Shown: piece after piece, positions 1 to 10,384 of the stretch
Layout: every line of letters begins with the position of its first letter
How positions within the stretch are numbered: position 1 is the first letter of the stretch
Assembly: GCA_044225365.1 (NCBI GenBank)
Contig: JBGAIQ010000002.1
Coordinates: forward strand, 128,001 to 192,000
Reading direction: 5' to 3'
DNA: 64,000 nucleotides
Source: Planctomycetota bacterium
GTDB taxonomy: Bacteria; Planctomycetota; B15-G4; JADJEK01
The notes under the pieces: generated by a model
What the model was told of the DNA's origin: nothing
The model's database searches: none
What the model saw: only the letters and a program-made list of their open reading frames with translations
Position numbers and translations under genes: made by a program

Positions 1-112
1 ATCGCGGAAGGCTGCATCGCACTCGACATCATGGCCGCAACGGTGCGATGGGTCGAAATGAAAAACGGGCGGCGTCCGGAATCGCGCGCGCTCGCGCGTC
101 CCTCGGTAGATT

Positions 113-805
113 GTGCGCGTGCCCGGCGAGACTCACCCCCGTCATCACTACGGCCTGCTGCATCGGTTCCGTTATCGGCACCGCCTGCTGCTCGCGGTGC
201 TGATCGGGTTCTTCCTCACGCTCCCGGCGATCGAGAACGGTTGGGTGCCGTCGTACGTCGGCTCTCTGCTCTTCACGTTCGTCGTCGTCCCGAGCGTCAT
301 CGCCACGGGGCGGAACGCGAGGCTCATCGGAGTGGGGCTGCTACTCGCCTCGCCCTCGGTCGTCGTGCTCGCTCTCGTGTTCTTCGGGATCGTTCCGCGC
401 AATGCGACCTCGGAGGCGGTGCACGCGGGATCGATGGCGGCGGTGTTGCTCTTCGCCGTCGTCGCGATGGGCCGGCATCTGTTCGTCACGACGGCGGTGA
501 ACGAGGAGACGCTCGCGGCGTCGATCGGCGTCTACGTCCTCATCGGCTACCTGTTCGCGAGCCTCTACGAGTTCCACTACCATGTGATCGGCGGAACGCT
601 GAGCGGGATGCCGGGGCCGCTCAGCATGTCGCAGTTCGTGTACTTCAGCTTCACGACGCTCACAACCGTCGGCTTCGGCGAGTTGATCCCGGCGACGCCC
701 TTCGCGCGCGCGCTCGCCAACATCGAAGGGGTCGCGGGGCAGGTCTTCCTCGTCGTCCTCGTCGCGCGGCTCGTCGGACGTTCGATGCTCGAACGTGATG
801 GATGA
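113..805 (+). CDS. Potassium-channel-family (ion transport 2 domain) membrane protein
   Basis: Several TM helices and the pore signature YFSFTTLTTVGFGE followed by ARALANIEGVAGQ. Confidence 0.85.
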   Translation: MRVPGETHPRHHYGLLHRFRYRHRLLLAVLIGFFLTLPAIENGWVPSYVGSLLFTFVVVPSVIATGRNARLIGVGLLLASPSVVVLALVFFGIVPRNATSEAVHAGSMAAVLLFAVVAMGRHLFVTTAVNEETLAASIGVYVLIGYLFASLYEFHYHVIGGTLSGMPGPLSMSQFVYFSFTTLTTVGFGELIPATPFARALANIEGVAGQVFLVVLVARLVGRSMLERDG

Positions 806-876
806 GGCCGCCGACGGCTCGTTTTGGCCGGCGAACCTGTTAATCTGCCGAGTTCCACCCCGAGGAATCCGAGCGC

Positions 877-2565
877 ATGGGCGTCAGCACTTCCGACATC
901 ATCTTCCAGCTCCAGAAGGTCACCAAGTCCGTCGGCACGCGAACCTTGTTCGAGGACGCGTCGCTGTCGTTCCTGAAGGGCGCGCGCATCGGCGTCATCG
1001 GGCCGAACGGCATGGGCAAGTCGACGCTCCTCAAGATCATGGCGGGAGTCGACAAGGAGTACTACGGCGAGGTGTTCCTCGCTCCCGGCACCAAGGTCGG
1101 CTACGTGCCGCAGGAGCCGAAACTCGATCCCGCCCTCACCGTGATGGGCAACGTCGAGCAGGGCGTGAAGCCGATCCGCGACATGATCAAGAAGTACGAG
1201 GAGATCAGCGCGAAGCTCGGCGAGGAGATGCCCGAGGAGCAGATGAACGACCTCATCGAGAAGATGGGGCGATTGCAGGAGGAGATCGACGCGAAGGACG
1301 CGTGGGAGCTCGACCGGCACATCGAACAGGCGATGCACGCCCTGCGCCTGCCGCCGCCCGATTCCGCCGTCACGCATCTCTCGGGCGGCGAGAAGCGTCG
1401 CGTCGCGCTGTGCCGCACGCTCCTCGAACATCCGGATCTGCTGCTGCTCGACGAACCGACGAACCATCTCGACGCCGACACGGTGCTCTGGCTCGAGCGC
1501 CATCTGCAGGATTACCAGGGCACGATCGTCCTCGTCACGCACGACCGCTACTTCCTCGACAACGTCGTGGGCTGGATGCTCGAGGTCGATCGCGGTGAGT
1601 TGCGCCCCTACGAAGGCAACTACTCGAGCTACCTGGCGCAGCGTGAGGAATACTATCGCCAGCGGCAGAAGGCCGACGACGAGCGCGCGAAGCTGATCAA
1701 CCGCGAGCTCGAGTGGATCCGACAGAATCCGAAGGGCCGCGGCACCAAGAGCAAGTCGCGCATCGCGCGGTACGAAGAACTCGTCTCGCAGCACAGCAAG
1801 ACGATCAAGGACGAGCTCACGCTCCACATCGGCTTCACGAAGCGCCTTGGCGACAAGGTGATGGTCGTGAAGGACGTCTCGAAGAAGTACGGCGACCGCG
1901 TCGTCTTCAAGGGCCTCGACTTCGAGCTGCCCGCCGGCGCGATCCTCGGCGTCGTCGGCCCGAACGGCACCGGCAAGACGACGCTCATGCGCATGATCGT
2001 GGGCCAAGATTCAACGGCGAAGCCCGACACGGGCGCGATCGAGATCGGCGCCACGGTCGATCTCTGCTACCTCGATCAGAGCCGCGAAGCACTGAAGGAC
2101 GACGTCTCGGTCTACGACGAGATCACGGGCGGCAAGGACATCATGAAGGTCGCGGGCAACGACGTGAACGGCCGCGCCTACGTCTCACGCTTCAACTTCC
2201 GCGGCTCCGACCAGCAGAAGAAGATGCGCGACTGCTCGGGCGGCGAGCGCAATCGAGTGCAGATGGCGAAGATGCTGGCCCGCGGCGGCAACCTCATCCT
2301 GCTCGACGAACCGACGAACGACCTCGATCTCACGACGCTGCGCCATCTCGAGGAAGCGCTCCTCGAATTCCCCGGCAACTGCATCGTCGTCACGCACGAC
2401 CGCTGGTTCCTCGACCGCATCGCGACGCACATCCTCGCCTTCGAGGGCGACGGGACCGTGTACTTCCATCCCGGCAACTTCGAGAGCTGGCGCGAGTACC
2501 GCATCTCGCTCGGCCTGAAGACCGACGAGCCGGTGGGCGCGCATCGCCGCTTCAGCGGGTCCTGA
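877..2565 (+). CDS. ettA: ABC-F family energy-dependent translational throttle EttA (ChvD)
   Basis: Two ABC domains (GPNGMGKST, LSGGEKRRVALC, LLLDEPTNHLD; GPNGTGKT, SGGERNRV), ELEWIRQNPKGR linker, no TM segments. Confidence 0.92.
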   Translation: MGVSTSDIIFQLQKVTKSVGTRTLFEDASLSFLKGARIGVIGPNGMGKSTLLKIMAGVDKEYYGEVFLAPGTKVGYVPQEPKLDPALTVMGNVEQGVKPIRDMIKKYEEISAKLGEEMPEEQMNDLIEKMGRLQEEIDAKDAWELDRHIEQAMHALRLPPPDSAVTHLSGGEKRRVALCRTLLEHPDLLLLDEPTNHLDADTVLWLERHLQDYQGTIVLVTHDRYFLDNVVGWMLEVDRGELRPYEGNYSSYLAQREEYYRQRQKADDERAKLINRELEWIRQNPKGRGTKSKSRIARYEELVSQHSKTIKDELTLHIGFTKRLGDKVMVVKDVSKKYGDRVVFKGLDFELPAGAILGVVGPNGTGKTTLMRMIVGQDSTAKPDTGAIEIGATVDLCYLDQSREALKDDVSVYDEITGGKDIMKVAGNDVNGRAYVSRFNFRGSDQQKKMRDCSGGERNRVQMAKMLARGGNLILLDEPTNDLDLTTLRHLEEALLEFPGNCIVVTHDRWFLDRIATHILAFEGDGTVYFHPGNFESWREYRISLGLKTDEPVGAHRRFSGS

Positions 2566-2574
2566 CGGACTGCC

Positions 2575-3153
2575 TCAAGACGTCTTGCGAAGCTTGCTCG
2601 CTCGCGGCCGCGCGACCGGCTTGCGAGGAGTCGGCTCGCGTTTCGTTGCGGGCTTCGGCTTCGTCCGGGGGTTTGCCTTGCCGATCGCGGCGGTCATCGA
2701 GAGGACTCGCTTGCCGGCCCGTTTGCTCACGGGCGGCAGGATCGCGAGCACGTAGGACTGCAGCGACGACGGGACCTGGGCCGCCGGCGGACCGAGCGGG
2801 GTGCGATTCTCGAACAGGATCTCGGGGATGACGGCGCGCGCGAGGCGGCGCTTCACGCGGTAGATCACGTCGCCGTCGACGATCATCGCGAAGGGCAGGA
2901 GCACGAGCGGGGTCGTGGCGAACGACTGCGTGGTCTTGAACGCGCCCACGGCGACGACGACGGAGCGCTGCGCGATCTCGATCGTGAACTCGTCGCCGTT
3001 CGCGGACGGCACGCCGTGCACGTCGATGGTCGCCACGGCGAGGAAGCGTCCGGCTTCGTCGCGGCGGATGAGGAACGCTGGCCAGAGCTGGACTCGGCCT
3101 GGCGATGGTTCAGGATTCGTCTCGACAAGGATCGCGGGCGTGCGATCAAGCAT
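2575..3153 (-). CDS. Hypothetical protein with Lys/Arg/Pro-rich C-terminal tail
   Basis: ATG at 3153 preceded by AAGGAAG; fills the gap after ettA; globular-looking N-terminal part, basic tail. Confidence 0.55.
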   Translation of the reverse strand: MLDRTPAILVETNPEPSPGRVQLWPAFLIRRDEAGRFLAVATIDVHGVPSANGDEFTIEIAQRSVVVAVGAFKTTQSFATTPLVLLPFAMIVDGDVIYRVKRRLARAVIPEILFENRTPLGPPAAQVPSSLQSYVLAILPPVSKRAGKRVLSMTAAIGKANPRTKPKPATKREPTPRKPVARPRASKLRKTS

Positions 3154-3387
3154 TCGAACTTCCTTCACGGGCGTGTGCGGCGGCGCGACGCCGTGCGCTG
3201 GCGCGTGGCGATGCTGGAACGTTCGGCGTATCCTGGACCCACTCGATGAGGCTTTCGTGAGATTCATCGAGCAGTGGCCGAGGAATCGCGGAACGCATCG
3301 GTGCACGGCTCGTAAACACGCGCCCGACCTTCGGCACGGTCCGATTCCGTTCTTACGTCCCCGGGATTTCGAGGAGATCCACCCGTT

Positions 3388-4362
3388 ATGCGCACCACCC
3401 TTCGCAAACTCTCGATCGCCGCCATCGCGGCAACCTTGCTCGCCGGGTCGGCCCTGGCCGGCGACTCCTGGCTCACGAGCTACAAGGACGCGCTCGCCAA
3501 GTCGAAGGAAACGAAATTGCCGGTGATGGCGGACTTCACCGGGAGCGACTGGTGCCACTGGTGCATCTCGCTGAAGAAGGAAGTCTTCGACACCGACGAG
3601 TTCAAGAAGTGGGCCGCGGACCACGTGATCCTGCTCGAACTGGACTTCCCGCAGGGCAAGAAGCTGAGCAAGGAGCTCACGAAGCAGAACGAAGACCTGA
3701 AGGCGAAATTCAACATCGAGGGCTTTCCGACGCTCGTCTTCCTGAACGGCGACGGCAAGGAACTCGGTCGCGGCGGCTACGTCGAAGGCGGTCCCAAGCC
3801 GTGGATCGAGGCGGCGGAGAAAGCCATGAAGGGCGAGCCGAAGGACGCCGCGAAGGCGCCCGAGGCGAAGGCCGGCGAGGACAAGGGCCCGTGGATCGAG
3901 AGCTGGGACGATGCCGTCAAGCGCTCGAAGAAGGAAGGCAAGATGATCCTTGCCGACTTCACGGGCAGCGACTGGTGCCCCTGGTGCATCAAGCTCCACG
4001 ACGAGGTGTTCAACACGCCAGAGTTCAAATCGTGGGCGAGCGCCAACGTCGTGCTGCTGCTCCTCGACTTCCCGCATCACGAACAGGCCGATTCGATCAA
4101 GAAGCAGAACGAGAAACTGCAATCGAAGTACGGGATCCAGGGCTTCCCGACCGTCCTCTTCCTCGACGCCGCGGGCAAGAAGAAGGGACAGATGGGTTAT
4201 GAAGCGGGCGGTCCGAAGCCGTGGATCGAGAAGGCCGCGAAGATCGCAGGCAACAAGAAGCCGGCGCCGGCTCCCAAAGACGCGCCCGCGAAGGATTCGA
4301 AGGACGGCGAGAAGACCGACCCGAAGGCGGGCGGCACCGATCAGAAGCCCACGAAGAACTGA
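3388..4362 (+). CDS. Exported tandem thioredoxin-domain protein
   Basis: Signal peptide (..GSALA); two repeats FTGSDWCHWC / FTGSDWCPWC, each followed by a GFPT cis-Pro loop. Confidence 0.92.
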   Translation: MRTTLRKLSIAAIAATLLAGSALAGDSWLTSYKDALAKSKETKLPVMADFTGSDWCHWCISLKKEVFDTDEFKKWAADHVILLELDFPQGKKLSKELTKQNEDLKAKFNIEGFPTLVFLNGDGKELGRGGYVEGGPKPWIEAAEKAMKGEPKDAAKAPEAKAGEDKGPWIESWDDAVKRSKKEGKMILADFTGSDWCPWCIKLHDEVFNTPEFKSWASANVVLLLLDFPHHEQADSIKKQNEKLQSKYGIQGFPTVLFLDAAGKKKGQMGYEAGGPKPWIEKAAKIAGNKKPAPAPKDAPAKDSKDGEKTDPKAGGTDQKPTKN

Positions 4363-4523
4363 TCCCGTCGGGAAACCCACGGTTTCGTGAACACGCGCTC
4401 GACTCGCCATCGCGGGTCGGGCGCGTCGTCGTTCACGGGCAACGATTGGCGGCGGCGCTTGCGATGTGGTGAGATCGCCGCCATTCGGCGGCCGATTCGC
4501 CAGCCAAGAAGAGACGACGCACC

Positions 4524-6419
4524 ATGCCCGAACTCTCCTACACCGACCGTTTGAACCACGACTACGAGCGCGTCCACACGGCGAAGGAAGACGCCTTCTG
4601 GACGGCCTACATGGGCCTCGCCGACGATGCGTCGGCCGCTCGCGCGGAGCTGGTGAAGAAGGAGCAGGAGTTGAAGGCGTTCCTCGCCGATCCCAACCGC
4701 CTCCGCACGACGCGCGATGAGCTCTCCCGGGTCGATCGCGCGCAGCATGTGGGGCATGACTCGCACTCGAAGGGCGTTCCGACCGCCGCCGAGATCGTGA
4801 GCCTGAAGGGCTGGGTTCGCACCTTCGAGGCGCACGTGATCGAGAGCGAGGAGGCGCGCGGACTCTCCGAACGACTCGTCGAGATGGAGGGCGCGCTCGC
4901 CAAGGAGCGCGGCAAGTTGAAGCTCGGGTACGACGATCCCCAGAAGGGCTTCGTGGCCGCGAACACCGTGAAGCTCGCCAACCTCGTCGCCAACGATCCC
5001 GACGAACGCATTCGGAGATCGGCGTGGGAGGGTATGCGTTCGATCGAACCGCACGTGCTCGGGGCCGGGTTCATCGAACTCGTGAAGGCGCGAAATCGCT
5101 TCGGCCGGATGCAGGGCGGCGAGGACTTCTACGACGCCACGGTGCGCCGCGTCGAGGGGCTCTCGAAGGCCGAGATCTTCGCGCTGCTCGACGAACTCGA
5201 AGCGAAGACGCGAGAGCGCGGCAAGCAGGCGATCGACGAGCTGTCGCGCACCGTCGCGAGTTCGAGCGTGAAGGTCACGCCGTGGAACGTGCGTTACCTC
5301 GTCTCCGGCGACGTGAGCAAGGAGCAGGATCCGTACTTCGTGTTCTCCGAGGCCGTCGCGCGCTGGGGGAGGAGCTTCGCCGCGCTCGGCATCCAGTACC
5401 GAGGTGCGCGCCTCGTCCTCGATCTCGTCGACCGCAAGGGCAAGTACGAGAACGGATTCATGCACGGCCCGAAGCCGGCCTGGCGCGATCATGGCGTCTT
5501 CCGCCCGGCGCGCATCCAGTTCACGGCGAACGCGATCCCGGGGCTCGTCGGCGCGGGCAAGCGCGCGACCGAGACGCTCTTCCATGAAGGCGGTCACGCC
5601 GCGCACTTCGCGAACATGGACATGCCGGCGCCGTGCTTCTCGCAGGAGTTCGCTCCTTCGTCGGTCGCCTTCGCCGAGACGCAGAGCATGTTTCTCGACA
5701 GCCTGCTCTCCGACGCCGACTGGCAGGCGCGTTACGCCCGCACGCGTCAGGGAGCGCCGATGCCGACCGAGCTCGTGATGCGCGGCATTCGCGAGAGCCA
5801 GCCGTTCGCCGCCTGGAACCTGCGCGCGATGCTCGCGGTGTGCTACGGCGAGAAGGCGATCTACGAGATCCCGGAGTCTGAGCTCACGATGGATCGCGTG
5901 CTGAAGGAGCTGCGCGACGTCGAGCGTCGCATGCTCTTCCTCGAGGGTTCGCCGCGCCCGATCCTCGCCGTGCCGCACCTGCTCGCGGGCGAGAGCAGCG
6001 CTTACTACCACGGCTACGTGCTCGCGGAGATGGCCGTCGCTCACACGCGTCACTACTTCAAGGAGCGCGACGGACATCTCGTCGACAACGAGAAGATCGG
6101 TCCCGACCTTCGCACTCACTACTGGACCGACGGCAACGCGATGCGCTTCACCGATTTCGTCGCGCGGCTCACCAAGAAGCCGCTCTCGGCGGAGGCCCTC
6201 GCCTTCGACGTGAACCGCGACGCGGAGACGGCGTCGAGTGACGCCCGCGCCGCGATCGCGCGGTTGCAAGAGATCGCGCCTTTCACGGGCAAGGTCGATC
6301 TCGACGCGTCGATCCGCATCGCGCACGGCAACGAGACGATCGCGGAGGATCCCGATTTCGAGAAGCTCAGTCGTGAATTCGCGGGCTGGATCGAGAAGCT
6401 CGAGGCGAACAAATCGTGA
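4524..6419 (+). CDS. M3-family oligopeptidase
   Basis: TLFHEGGHAAHF zinc motif, AETQSMF, DRKGKYENGF, YYHGYVLA. Confidence 0.85.
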   Translation: MPELSYTDRLNHDYERVHTAKEDAFWTAYMGLADDASAARAELVKKEQELKAFLADPNRLRTTRDELSRVDRAQHVGHDSHSKGVPTAAEIVSLKGWVRTFEAHVIESEEARGLSERLVEMEGALAKERGKLKLGYDDPQKGFVAANTVKLANLVANDPDERIRRSAWEGMRSIEPHVLGAGFIELVKARNRFGRMQGGEDFYDATVRRVEGLSKAEIFALLDELEAKTRERGKQAIDELSRTVASSSVKVTPWNVRYLVSGDVSKEQDPYFVFSEAVARWGRSFAALGIQYRGARLVLDLVDRKGKYENGFMHGPKPAWRDHGVFRPARIQFTANAIPGLVGAGKRATETLFHEGGHAAHFANMDMPAPCFSQEFAPSSVAFAETQSMFLDSLLSDADWQARYARTRQGAPMPTELVMRGIRESQPFAAWNLRAMLAVCYGEKAIYEIPESELTMDRVLKELRDVERRMLFLEGSPRPILAVPHLLAGESSAYYHGYVLAEMAVAHTRHYFKERDGHLVDNEKIGPDLRTHYWTDGNAMRFTDFVARLTKKPLSAEALAFDVNRDAETASSDARAAIARLQEIAPFTGKVDLDASIRIAHGNETIAEDPDFEKLSREFAGWIEKLEANKS

Positions 6420-7933
6420 GTGAGCAGATCCGTCCCGCGGCCACCGTGATCGTCACCCGCGGAAGCGGCGAGGACTTCGAGGTCTATCTCGTCGATCGCA
6501 ATCCGAAGCTGCGCTGGTTCCCCGGCATGAGCGCCTTTCCAGGCGGCGTCGTGTCGAAGCTCGATGGTCGGGGTCCGCATGGCGAGCGCGCTTGCGCCGT
6601 GCGCGAGTTGTTCGAGGAGACCGGGATCCTGCTCGGCGCGCCGAGCGACGTCGCCGCGAGCGAACTCGAATCCGTACGCCGCGCGCTGCTCGCGGCGGAG
6701 AAGAGCGATCAGCGCTGCAGCGAATACGACGCGCTCGTTTCGCGATGCGAGGAACCCGCGCTCGTCGAACTGTGCCGCATCGTCACGCCGCCGATCGCGC
6801 CCGTGCGATTCGATACCGTGTTCTATCGCGTCGAACTGCCTCGCGGACAAGCGCCTTCGATCTGGCAGGGCGAGCTCGTCGGCGGCGCTTTCGTGAAACC
6901 GAAAGAAGCTCTCGCGCGCTGGGTGAAGGGCGAGATGCGGCTCGCGCCGCCCGTGCTCATCCTGCTCGAGGTGTTCGTCGCGGTCGGCGAGAGCGAGTTC
7001 CCGCTCGCGGTGAAGGAGCTGACCGAAGGATTCTCCGAAGGCCTGTTGCCGCCCGTGCGGTTCTCACCGGGCATCGTGCTCGCGAGCCTCCGGACGCCGA
7101 CGCTCCCGCCCGCGACGACGACCAACACGTACATCGTCGGCAACGAGCGCGTCTTCGTCATCGATCCCGGCACTCCCGAACCCGCCGAGATGGATCGCCT
7201 CCTCGCTCTACTCGCCGAGATGGAGGAGGCCGGCCGCGAGATCGGCGGCATCCTGCTGACGCATCATCATCCCGATCACATCGGCGGGCTTTCGATGCTC
7301 GCGCGGGAGTTGCGCGTTCCCGTGTACGCGCACGCGGAGACTCACTCGCGGATCCCCGTCGGTCTCGACAAGAAGGACCGCTTCGAGCGGGTCACGCTCG
7401 ACGATGGCGCGACGATCGATCTCGGGATCGCGCCGGACGGTACGACGGGCTGGACGCTGACCGCGCTCTTCACCCCCGGCCACGCGCGCGGGCATCTCGT
7501 ATTCCACGAGAATCGCTACGGCGCGGCGATCGTCGGCGACATGATCTCGACCGTGTCGACGATCGTGATCGATCCGCCCGAGGGCCACCTCGCGACGTAC
7601 CTCGCGAGCCTGCGGCGACTCTTGGACCTGCCCCTCGGCGTGCTCTACCCCGCGCACGGGCCGCCAGTCTTCTTCGGCAAGAAGGTCGTCGACCACTACC
7701 TCGCGCACCGCAAGGAACGCGAAGACAAGCTGAAGTCCGCGCTCGCGAGCGCATCGAAAACCGGTCTCGTCGATCCCTCCGCGATCCTGCCCGTCGTCTA
7801 CTCCGACGTCGATCCTGCGATCCTGCCCATCGCCGCGCGCTCGCTCCAGGCCGGCCTCGACAAGCTCGTCGAGGAGGGCGAAGTGCGAGTCCGGGACGGG
7901 CGCTACGAATGGGCGGGCGCCCCTTCGGTGTGA
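6416..7933 (+). CDS. NUDIX + metallo-beta-lactamase (LACTB2-like) fusion hydrolase
   Basis: N-terminal FPGG..AVRELFEETG Nudix box; C-terminal THHHPDHIGG, TPGHARGH, GD and PAHG motifs; overlaps upstream stop by GTGA. Confidence 0.88.
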   Translation: MSEQIRPAATVIVTRGSGEDFEVYLVDRNPKLRWFPGMSAFPGGVVSKLDGRGPHGERACAVRELFEETGILLGAPSDVAASELESVRRALLAAEKSDQRCSEYDALVSRCEEPALVELCRIVTPPIAPVRFDTVFYRVELPRGQAPSIWQGELVGGAFVKPKEALARWVKGEMRLAPPVLILLEVFVAVGESEFPLAVKELTEGFSEGLLPPVRFSPGIVLASLRTPTLPPATTTNTYIVGNERVFVIDPGTPEPAEMDRLLALLAEMEEAGREIGGILLTHHHPDHIGGLSMLARELRVPVYAHAETHSRIPVGLDKKDRFERVTLDDGATIDLGIAPDGTTGWTLTALFTPGHARGHLVFHENRYGAAIVGDMISTVSTIVIDPPEGHLATYLASLRRLLDLPLGVLYPAHGPPVFFGKKVVDHYLAHRKEREDKLKSALASASKTGLVDPSAILPVVYSDVDPAILPIAARSLQAGLDKLVEEGEVRVRDGRYEWAGAPSV

Positions 7934-7948
7934 GTCGCCCGCCGTCGT

Positions 7949-8527
7949 TCAGAACAGTCCGCCGAGCTTCTTGAACATGCCGCCGATCTTCTTGCCGAGG
8001 TGGATCGCGTCATTGCCGAGGTTGGTGGCGAGGTGCTTCAGCGTCTTTCCCATCGAGCGGCCCGCGGTCTTGAACACGTTTCCGATGCCCGACGCGCCGC
8101 GCCGCAGGAAACCGAGGGCACCTTCCACGCCGGAACGGATGTGACGGCCGAGGAAGTCGACGACCGTCCGCTTCAGGGCGCCAAGGACCTGTCCACCCGC
8201 GAACTTCACGGCGTGTCCAAGCGCCATTCCGAGGCGCAGGAGGTTGCTTCCGGCGGCCTTTGCGGTCGAGATCACGTCACCGACGATTCGTCCCGCGAAA
8301 CCGGGTTGGCTCGCGGCGGCGGCGATCGTGGGCTCGGCCGTGAGCGCGGGCACGTCGAAGACCACCGCGTCGAACGGGCTTCCCGGGCCACGGAGTCGAC
8401 TCGCGAGATCGGAAGCGATCCCGCCTGCGGCGGAATCGAGAGCCAGCGAGGACGCTCTTGAGCCGAGCGCGGTAGCGGAGGTCGCGAGGGTTCTCGAGGC
8501 GAGTTCGGGGCGGATCGAGAGGTTCAT
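7949..8527 (-). CDS. Hypothetical Ala/Gly/Leu/Lys-rich amphipathic protein
   Basis: ATG at 8527 preceded by AAGGA; protein-like composition; fills the gap between flanking genes. Confidence 0.55.
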   Translation of the reverse strand: MNLSIRPELASRTLATSATALGSRASSLALDSAAGGIASDLASRLRGPGSPFDAVVFDVPALTAEPTIAAAASQPGFAGRIVGDVISTAKAAGSNLLRLGMALGHAVKFAGGQVLGALKRTVVDFLGRHIRSGVEGALGFLRRGASGIGNVFKTAGRSMGKTLKHLATNLGNDAIHLGKKIGGMFKKLGGLF

Positions 8528-8714
8528 GGGACGAGTCCTTGGGATGGGGGATGCGTGCGTCTTGTCTTCGCAGACCCGAGTCGGAGTCTTTCGGGATCTC
8601 CGACACGAAATCCCGTCGACCGGCACGATCATGGTCGAAGATCGAGCGCATCCATCCTCGGACTCGGCGGTTCATGTTCGGGCCACAGATCCACGTCGCC
8701 CCAGGAGAGCCTCC

Positions 8715-9639
8715 ATGAAGCTCCCATCGTCGGTCCTCGCATTCGTCCTCGTCGCCCTGCCGCTTGCGCTTCCTGCCCTTTCGCAGGATGCCAAGCGCGA
8801 AGAAGCGAAGGACCCACGAACCGAGTTCTTCGCCGTCTGTCGCAGTCTCGCGGAGGCGAAGAGCTACACCGCGAAGGTGACGATCGAAGGGGAGGGGCTG
8901 CGCGCGCGAGAACAGCGACCACCGAGCCCTGCTCTTCGAATCGAGATGCAGGCCGGGCGGCCTCTCGTCGTGACGCTCGAAGGCAAGAAGCTCTCCGCGA
9001 CGCTCTGGACACAGGGAGACGTCCACGTCGTGCGCGATCCGAGCGGCGAGGTGCATCCGTTGCCGTTCTTCGGCAAGAACGGTCCGGGAAGGGCCGGGGG
9101 CCGGTTGCCCCGCAGTCCGAAGCCACCTCGTGCGCAGGAGGGCTCACCTCCGACTTCGGCCGGAGAGGGTGCGCCCAACGGCTTCCTGGCGGGCAGACCG
9201 CCGCGCCCGGAGGGCGACGAACGTCCGGGCAAGCGCGGGCCTGCGGGAGCGCTCGTCGCGCGGCTCGCGCAGAACGTTCCCGTGCTCGCGCCGCACGCGC
9301 TCCTCGCCGGGATCGACGCCAAGGTCGATTCCGTCGAGAAGAAGGTCGCTGCCGACGGCTCGATCTCGTTCGTCGCGCGGTTCTCGTCCGAGGCCGCGAA
9401 GAGTCTCCTGCCGATGCCGCTCCCGCCCCGCATGGCGGAGGATGCGAAGATCGGCGCGACCCTCGAGGTCCAAATCGATGCGGCGACGGGCTCGCCGACG
9501 CGGATCGTCCTCGTTCGAGCGTTCGAGGGGGCCGAGAGTGCGAACGAGCGCTCGATCACGGCGACGTTCGAGCTGTCCAAGGTTGGGGGCGACGAGCGTC
9601 GAACTCCCGGCCGATGTCATGAAGTACTTCGCGATATAG
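8715..9639 (+). CDS. Exported hypothetical protein with an apparent +1 frameshift near the C-terminus
   Basis: AGGAGAG RBS and signal peptide MKLPSSVLAFVLVALPLALPALSQ; natural-looking end (GATSVELPADVMKYFAI*) needs one G removed from the G5 run at 9585-9589. Confidence 0.65.
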
Positions 9640-9654
9640 ATTCTGCGGGCGTGA

Positions 9655-10044
9655 TCAGCGAGCGAGCGCGTCGGGGCCGAAGGACTCGGGAAGAAGCGCA
9701 GCGAGCGATGTCGTCGTGTACTGCCCCGTCGCGGTCGCGAGGTGGATCGCGACGTCCGTACCGAACTCCCGAATCACCTGACGACAGGCGCCGCACGGCG
9801 ACGCGCCCGACTCGGTCGCGACGGCGACTGCCGTGACTCGGCGCTGTCCGCGCGCGACGGCGGCGAAGATCGCATTGCGCTCGGCGCAGATGGTGAGCCC
9901 GTAGGAGGCATTCTCGACGTTGCATCCCGTGGTGATCGTTCCATCGTCGGTCAGCACGGCCGCTCCGACCATGAAGTGAGAATAAGGGGCGTAGGCGAAC
10001 GGGCGAGCGGCGATCGCGGAAGCGACGAGTCGAGCGGTGTCCAT
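9655..10044 (-). CDS. cdd: Cytidine deaminase (homotetrameric type)
   Basis: YAPYSHFMVGAA, GCNVENASYGLTICAERNA, SPCGACRQV. Confidence 0.95.
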   Translation of the reverse strand: MDTARLVASAIAARPFAYAPYSHFMVGAAVLTDDGTITTGCNVENASYGLTICAERNAIFAAVARGQRRVTAVAVATESGASPCGACRQVIREFGTDVAIHLATATGQYTTTSLAALLPESFGPDALAR

Positions 10045-10384
10045 TGCCGAATCGTAGCGGGTGGAATCGCGCGCGACCGGCGTTCGTCGCTCTCGAGTTA
10101 CCGATTCGCGACGGCGTTACGGGATCGTTCGTCCCGCGGTCGTTTCTTGGGTGTCACGTCGAAACGGCGCAGGAGGCCTCCTTCGCGCCCGGATCCGGAT
10201 TCCGTCCAGTTACTTTCATTGCAAGATCGATTAGAGTCTCGCGCGAAGAGTTGACCGAGGCGGCGTCCGAAGGAGTCGGATCCGCAATTGCTGCTGAGTC
10301 TGGTAGCGAACCGATTCACGGCTCGATCGATCCCCCGCAGATCCGAGCCTCGCGATCGACGAAACCGATCGCGCATCCACGCGA

